Positions 59,155 through 64,000 of a stretch of 64,000 bases of DNA are shown one piece after another. The notes under the pieces are model-generated. The model had not been told where the DNA came from. It saw only the letters and a list, made by a program, of their open reading frames with translations, and did no database searches. Both the position numbers and the translations under genes were made by a program. How positions within the stretch are numbered: position 1 is the stretch's first letter; each line of letters starts with the position of its first letter. The DNA comes from Candidatus Brocadiia bacterium (GTDB lineage: Bacteria; Planctomycetota; Brocadiia; CAIUPP01). The DNA lies in the NCBI GenBank assembly GCA_050015075.1, contig JBEKCB010000006.1, positions 15,811 to 79,810 of the forward strand. The letters are read 5' to 3'.

Positions 59155-60684
59155 TCAGCGAGCCGTGTCCGCCGGAGCGCCGGTCGCGGCGGGCATGGAT
59201 GTCGCCGCCGCAGGCGCCGATGGCGATTCGGGAGCGGCCGTCGTCGCCGGCGCGGATGTCCCTGCGGGCGTGGGTGCGGTTTGCCCTTCGCGCAACGCGC
59301 GGAGCCTGTCCTCCTGCCACACTTCCGTTTTCGGGTGCGCGCCCAGCCACGCGATCCAGAACATCGCCTCGGTCAGCACCGGATTGCCCTCGGCGTCTTT
59401 CGCGCTGAGAATGAGCGTGTCCGGGTTGAACTGCAGCGTGAGCTTGCGGTCGCCGACGGTGTCCTCAAACGGCCCCGGCTTTTCCCGCAGGAGCGCGGGC
59501 AGGTAGGCCTTGGCGGCTTTGCCCTGCGAATCGGTTATGCCGAAGACGCTCGCCTTGGGGAAAAACGGGTTCTTCTCCACGTCCAGGCCGTACACGGGAT
59601 GCGGAAGCACGGGGTTCTGCGGATTCAGATAGTCCGCCGGCACGGCCATGGTGCCGTCGTAGTTGAACGGCTGCGCCGGCTTCGTCCCGATGAGGACGGT
59701 GGTTTCCGGGTTGATGGTCTTCCACGTCTTCCACGTCACAAGCTCCGCCTGAAGCGGCCTGAGCCGGGAACCCGCGCGCTCCCCGGCGATGCAGAGCCGC
59801 AGCGTCGGCGACCAGAGAGAGAACTTCTCGACCTTCTTTCCATCCGCAGCCGCGCCGGTGTCCTTGCTGTACATCACGATGGCGCCCTGGTACACGAGGC
59901 CGGCCGAGCCGAACGTGAGTTGATCGCGGTACATGGCGCTCGGCGCGCTGGCCGCAGCGCTCCAGACCACGGCGATCGGCTCGCCGCCGACGGTATCGTT
60001 GATCACGTCATGATAGTTCATGAACTTGACCGGATAGGCGCGCGCTTCCGCGCCGACCTTGACGCCGATGACCGGCTGCCTGTCGGGCAGCGCGTCCATC
60101 GTCACCTCGGCCGCCGGCTTCAGGACCATCTCAAGATGCGGGTCCATTCCCAGCGGCGGGAACATATCCATGAAAAGAGCCTGGCTCTGGCTCGCCCCAT
60201 AGACCATTCGCCGCTGCAGCATCTCCGGCTTGACGCCTTCGGCCAATTTCGTGACATCGAACAGGGTTCCCGGAATCACCCTGTCGGGCTCCTGGGCGTT
60301 CCCTCTCCCGCCGGCCGGGACAGCGGGCATCGCCAGGAGGAACGTCCTGTCGCCCGCGCTGAACATTTCGCCCTGGATCTCCATCTCGTGCACGTGCAGC
60401 ATCCGGGCGTAGAGTTCCGTCGGCGACAGGTTCGGCATGGAAGGCTGGGGCCCTTCCCTGGATGCGGTTTCTTTCGACGGCACGGGCTCGGCCGACGGCT
60501 TGGAATACCATTTCTTGTTGGCATAGATCGCGATCAGAAAGAGCACCGCCATGCAGATCACGACGACGAGCCTCCAGTCGAGCTTCGGCTCGGCCGGCGG
60601 CGTCGGCGGCTGGGGCGATGCGGGCGGAGCGGAAGGCGCCGGCGACGGCTGCTCCGGGTCCTGCGGCGCGGGAGTTTCAGTCAT
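59155..60684 (-). CDS. DUF3179-like membrane-anchored periplasmic protein with Pro/Ala-rich termini
   Basis: One TM helix (LVVVICMAVLFLIAIY). Core …QPVIGVKVGAEARAYPVKFMNYHDVINDTVGGEPIAVVWS… resembles DUF3179. Confidence 0.4.
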   Translation of the reverse strand: MTETPAPQDPEQPSPAPSAPPASPQPPTPPAEPKLDWRLVVVICMAVLFLIAIYANKKWYSKPSAEPVPSKETASREGPQPSMPNLSPTELYARMLHVHEMEIQGEMFSAGDRTFLLAMPAVPAGGRGNAQEPDRVIPGTLFDVTKLAEGVKPEMLQRRMVYGASQSQALFMDMFPPLGMDPHLEMVLKPAAEVTMDALPDRQPVIGVKVGAEARAYPVKFMNYHDVINDTVGGEPIAVVWSAAASAPSAMYRDQLTFGSAGLVYQGAIVMYSKDTGAAADGKKVEKFSLWSPTLRLCIAGERAGSRLRPLQAELVTWKTWKTINPETTVLIGTKPAQPFNYDGTMAVPADYLNPQNPVLPHPVYGLDVEKNPFFPKASVFGITDSQGKAAKAYLPALLREKPGPFEDTVGDRKLTLQFNPDTLILSAKDAEGNPVLTEAMFWIAWLGAHPKTEVWQEDRLRALREGQTAPTPAGTSAPATTAAPESPSAPAAATSMPAATGAPADTAR

Positions 60685-60698
60685 GGGGCTCCTTTCAA

Positions 60699-61325
60699 TT
60701 ACTCGATATTGGCGTGTCTCTTCGCGAGCTTCTGCGGGGTCAGGTGCAGGCGGTCCATGAGGACCAGGACGAGCGTGTCCATCAGCAGCAGCGTGGCCTG
60801 TTCGAACAGCGAACCGGGCGGCTGGCGCGTGGTTTTATGGCGATTGATTTCGCCCTTGGTCGGGGCCGGGACGACAACGACGATGTCGGCCATCGCGGCG
60901 ATGCGCGCCTCCGGATGCGCCGTGATCGTCGCCAGGCGCGCGCCCGCCTCCTTGGCGGCCGCCGCGACGTGGTATACGAAGCGCGTCTGACCCGTGCCGG
61001 AATTGACCAGGCACAGGTCATGGCGGGTGATGGGCGGCGTGGTGGTCTCGCCGACGAAATACGCGTCCATCCCCAGGTGCATCAGTCGCACGGCGAACGT
61101 CCGGCTGACGTGTCCGGTCCGCCCCTGGCCGTAGATGAAGATCCTGCGCGCGCGCAAAAGCGCCTGCGCGAGTTCGTCCACGCTCCGCACGTCCACTTCG
61201 TTCAGGACGGATTGCAGCTCGGAGATGATGCCCTGGAGTCTGCTTCTGAAGAGTCGGGTCAAAAGGGGAAATCTCCCGCGCAAAAGCCTGGAGAGCCGGC
61301 GCTCGTGAGAAATTGATCTTATCAC
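60699..61325 (-). CDS. hxlB: SIS-domain sugar-phosphate isomerase, 6-phospho-3-hexuloisomerase-like
   Basis: …RRIFIYGQGRTGHVSRTFAVRLMHLGMDAYFVGETTTPPITRHDLCLVNSGTGQT… matches the PHI/HxlB pattern. Confidence 0.55.
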   Translation of the reverse strand: MIRSISHERRLSRLLRGRFPLLTRLFRSRLQGIISELQSVLNEVDVRSVDELAQALLRARRIFIYGQGRTGHVSRTFAVRLMHLGMDAYFVGETTTPPITRHDLCLVNSGTGQTRFVYHVAAAAKEAGARLATITAHPEARIAAMADIVVVVPAPTKGEINRHKTTRQPPGSLFEQATLLLMDTLVLVLMDRLHLTPQKLAKRHANIE

Positions 61326-61444
61326 GCAGGCAGAGGCCGCGTCAAGGAAGCGGACTGTCCGGCGCTTTGCGCTCCGCGTTTTCCGATGGGCGTTCTATAC
61401 CTGCTTTCTCGCGCGTGGTAGAATGCGGCTGATCTGGCGCCTCA

Positions 61445-62275
61445 TTGCATGCCGTCGCCATTCATGGAGGATCGCCCGTGGCCGGAAAAATCATTGACAT
61501 GCACCAGCATTTGATCAATGCCAACACCCCCGACGCGCTGGCGGAGACGTACGGCCGCCTCGGCGTCGAAAAGGCGTTGCTCGTGGGCGTGCCGCCCACG
61601 CAGATTCCGGGCGATAACGAGGCGGTGCTCGCGGCGACCCGAAAGTACCCGAAACTGTTCCTGGGCCTCGTCGGCTTCGACCTGGACACGATGTCGCCCG
61701 CGGAGCTTCCGCGCTTTCACGACGAGGGGTTCATCGGCGTCAAGTTCATCGGCCCGGCGAAGGCGTACAACGATCCGTCGTATTTCCCGGTTTACGAGAA
61801 GGCGGCGGAGCTGCGGATGATCACGCTCTTTCACCTCGGGATCGTGGCGAACAGCGGGCCCTGGCGCGGTTGCGACAGCAACCTGATGCGGCCGATCCAC
61901 CTGGACTACATCGCGCGGAAAATCCCGGAGTTGACGGTCATCGGCGCGCACCTGGGCAACCCGTGGTCCGACGAGGCCGCGATGTCCTGCCGATGGAACC
62001 CGAACCTGTTCTTCGATCTGTCCGGATCGCTGCTGAAGTACCGCTCGCCGCAGTACCTCGCCGAACTGCTCTGGTGGACGCCGACCAGCGCGTACAAGAG
62101 CCCGGACCGCACCGACGCCTGGCAGAAGATTCTTTTCGGGAGCGACGTGCCGACGGACAGTATCGCCGACGTCATCAAGGACTACGAAAAACTGATGGAC
62201 GGGATCAACATGCGCCCCGAATTGCGCGAAGCGGTCTGGTACGGGACGGCCGCGAAGCTGCTCGGGCTGAAGTGA
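61445..62275 (+). CDS. amidohydrolase-2-family metal-dependent TIM-barrel hydrolase
   Basis: …KIIDMHQHLI… (HxH), …TLFHLG…, …ILFGSDVP… (terminal Asp). The start may be an internal GTG/ATG. Confidence 0.55.
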   Translation: MHAVAIHGGSPVAGKIIDMHQHLINANTPDALAETYGRLGVEKALLVGVPPTQIPGDNEAVLAATRKYPKLFLGLVGFDLDTMSPAELPRFHDEGFIGVKFIGPAKAYNDPSYFPVYEKAAELRMITLFHLGIVANSGPWRGCDSNLMRPIHLDYIARKIPELTVIGAHLGNPWSDEAAMSCRWNPNLFFDLSGSLLKYRSPQYLAELLWWTPTSAYKSPDRTDAWQKILFGSDVPTDSIADVIKDYEKLMDGINMRPELREAVWYGTAAKLLGLK

Positions 62276-62313
62276 GCGGCGTTTGCGTTGCCCCCGACGG
62301 CCGCGGGCGTCCG

Positions 62314-63081
62314 CTACGGAGCGCCCTTGTCCGCGTCCTTCTTCATGCTTTCTCTGCGGGCGACGAGGTTCGCGGAAACCTCGGCCCCGTCCAGTAACAC
62401 GCGGCCCATGGGATCCCGCACCGGTGCGACAGAAATCCCGATCGCATTCAGCTCCGTCTCCAACTTGCCCGATTGCGCCTGCAAGTCATCCGCCAGCAGG
62501 CCCAACTCGTTTTTTTCGGAAGGCTCCAGGGGCGTATTCAACTGCCAGGGGTCGTCGCCGCCGGCCTTCTCTGCGGACTGGGTTGCCTTCTCCTCCTCGT
62601 CAAGCACTTCCCTTCGAAGCGCATATTCAAAGTCGGTCACCGGCTCATAACTGTTGATCTTCATCAGCACTTCGCGCGCTCGGAGGCGCCGCTCCGTGAC
62701 GCGCAACTCCCGGTATCGTCTGACCATCTCCTCCAATTTGCCGATCTCGATGAGCTGCGCGTCCAGCCGCGCTTGTTGCCCCGTCGTCAGCGTGGGACCG
62801 TTGCCTTCTTCAGCGGTGCCCAGCGTGCCGCGTCTTCTCAGCGTGATCGCAACGCAGATGGCGCAGAGCAATATGATCCCCACCAGGACGAGCCAGACCG
62901 CTTTGCCGGATCGGGGCCGCTCTTGAGGCTCGGGGAGCGGAGGAGGCGGAGAAATTTCGTGCGGCGGAAGTGGAACTCTTATCGCGCCGCCGCAGATCGG
63001 ACATCGCCCATGCCTGCCCGCTTTGCTTCCGGGCACTCTGAGCATCGTCTCGCACCGCGGGCATTTGAGCTCGATCATCAT
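62314..63081 (-). CDS. hypothetical zinc-ribbon / TM / coiled-coil protein
   Basis: N-terminal CPRCETMLRVPGSKAGRHGRCPICGG ribbon, then a Pro-rich linker, one TM helix and a coiled-coil C-terminus. Confidence 0.35.
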   Translation of the reverse strand: MMIELKCPRCETMLRVPGSKAGRHGRCPICGGAIRVPLPPHEISPPPPLPEPQERPRSGKAVWLVLVGIILLCAICVAITLRRRGTLGTAEEGNGPTLTTGQQARLDAQLIEIGKLEEMVRRYRELRVTERRLRAREVLMKINSYEPVTDFEYALRREVLDEEEKATQSAEKAGGDDPWQLNTPLEPSEKNELGLLADDLQAQSGKLETELNAIGISVAPVRDPMGRVLLDGAEVSANLVARRESMKKDADKGAP

Positions 63082-63480
63082 CGGCGTTCATATCTCGCAG
63101 GACGCCGACAACTCTATCATGGACCCGGCGGTTGTGCAAGAACATAGCGGACGGATTCGTCGTTTCTCCGCGCCGCGACCCCGCACGCGCCTGCTTCAGA
63201 ATCTGTGTCAGCAAACGCCACATCTCGGCGCCCTCTGTAGCAAGTTGAGCCGAGTGACCCCGTTACTGATGCGCTCTATCGGCCGCTCCCTCGATTGCGC
63301 ATCCCGATAAAAACGAGCGTTACTCACGCTCTGCCAAGCACTTATCCGCACGGGCCGTTGGACGTCACTGGCGCCTGCGCCTGAATTCATCGCGTCGGCA
63401 CAAAGATTGCTCTATTCGACCAAAGTTGCCTGGCGAGGTGGACAATCTATCAGCTAATTTATGCGAGGAGCGTTCCGACG

Positions 63481-64000
63481 ATGAGTTCGAATGCGCTGGA
63501 CATCGTTCGCCTGGAGCCCGTTGAAGTCGTCAACATAGAGCAGCATCTGCCTCCCGCCGAACCATCCCTCAAGAGACGCTTGACGGAGCGGTTCTCCGTG
63601 CCCGGCGCGCTGGTGATCTGCCGTCACCGGACCATCTTCGGAACATGGAAGGCATGCAGGACGCCGTTCCACGTCTATAATCTCGGCATGGGCGGACTGA
63701 ACTATTGGAACCTGGGCAAGACTCCCAAGCCGGGCGGGAAGATCAAGCTGACTCTCCTCGTGCCCAACGTGATTCCCATAAACGTAGTCAGCGTCGTGGT
63801 CTGGAGCAAGGCCATGCCGCGTTCCGACGATGGCGGCGGAGCGCAACGGTACAGCCACATCACCGGCGTCAAGTTCGTGGATTACGATGCCGAAGCGTGG
63901 GCGGTGCTGCGCAAGATTCACGAGATTGTCGCCGCCGAGTTGAAGAGCGCCCCGCCGCCGGCGCTTGCCCCGTCACAGAACCAGTCTGAAAACCCCACGG
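63481..64000 (+). CDS. PilZ-domain (c-di-GMP-binding) protein, 3' end beyond the window
   Basis: Manual translation from ATG 63481: MSSNALDIVRLEPVEV…LKRRLTERFSVPGALVICRH…YNLGMGGLNYW… (the RxxxR … N/DxSxGG PilZ motifs). It is open to the window end and not in the ORF track. Confidence 0.5.
   Translation, partial: MSSNALDIVRLEPVEVVNIEQHLPPAEPSLKRRLTERFSVPGALVICRHRTIFGTWKACRTPFHVYNLGMGGLNYWNLGKTPKPGGKIKLTLLVPNVIPINVVSVVVWSKAMPRSDDGGGAQRYSHITGVKFVDYDAEAWAVLRKIHEIVAAELKSAPPPALAPSQNQSENPT

Overview
This is a 64 kb, high-GC (~65%) stretch of bacterial chromosome. The gene content (a DUF1559 H-X9-DG pilin-like protein, a PEP-CTERM protein, CHASE3/PAS kinases, many secreted beta-helix proteins) suggests a Planctomycetes, Verrucomicrobia or Lentisphaerae (PVC-superphylum) organism, but that is inference only. 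Genes are tightly packed, and many adjacent pairs overlap by 4 nt (ATGA/GTGA), which indicates translational coupling.

Main blocks:
1. 1-11.8 kb, one long minus-strand operon. In transcription order: CHASE3-DUF4118-3xPAS histidine kinase, single REC, hybrid REC-HK-REC protein whose C-terminus is a nicotinamidase (PncA) domain, pncB, AXE-like esterase, DegT aminotransferase, M24/creatinase-like protein (runs off the window edge).
2. 12.4-12.8 kb, a tmRNA (ssrA) gene with a rho-independent terminator. It is not in the ORF track.
3. 12.9-18.7 kb, a rearranged accessory patch: mazEF, two tandemly duplicated secreted beta-helix paralogs with duplicated 3' flanks, a vapBC insertion, and small repeat arrays.
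4. 18.7-24.5 kb, uvrA, ribF and a PpiD-like chaperone.
5. 24.6-31.8 kb, a cobalamin riboswitch. It drives an operon that starts with a DUF1559 pilin-like protein and continues with cobC-cobU-cobT-cobS-btuF-btuC-btuD. No btuB is present.
6. 32-40 kb, a PEP-CTERM protein, a DUF318 permease with its TIGR03943 partner, a GT4 glycosyltransferase coupled to a flippase-like protein, and a secreted glycoside-hydrolase-like protein.
7. 40.1-45.3 kb, the most interesting locus. An orphan BrnA-like antitoxin and an orphan HicB-like antitoxin lie next to a TIR-domain protein. That protein is translationally coupled (ATGA) to a 1189-aa MmeI/PglX-like gamma-class N6-adenine methyltransferase with a possible N-terminal PD-(D/E)xK motif. 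The TIR-coding half is conspicuously low-GC, and tandem ~125-bp repeats plus GNRA-loop hairpins lie upstream. This is a candidate undescribed two-gene defence system.
8. 46-64 kb, housekeeping and envelope genes: an aspartate-aminotransferase-like gene, tilS, a nucleoside hydrolase, pspC, a radical SAM enzyme with an N-terminal Cys4 ribbon, an HxlB-like SIS protein, an amidohydrolase, and a PilZ protein that runs off the window edge. A low-GC insertion sits beside a nucleoside-hydrolase gene fragment.

Coordinates read from the printed sequence may be off by 1-2 nt in places. All family assignments are from motif recognition by eye; no searches were run.
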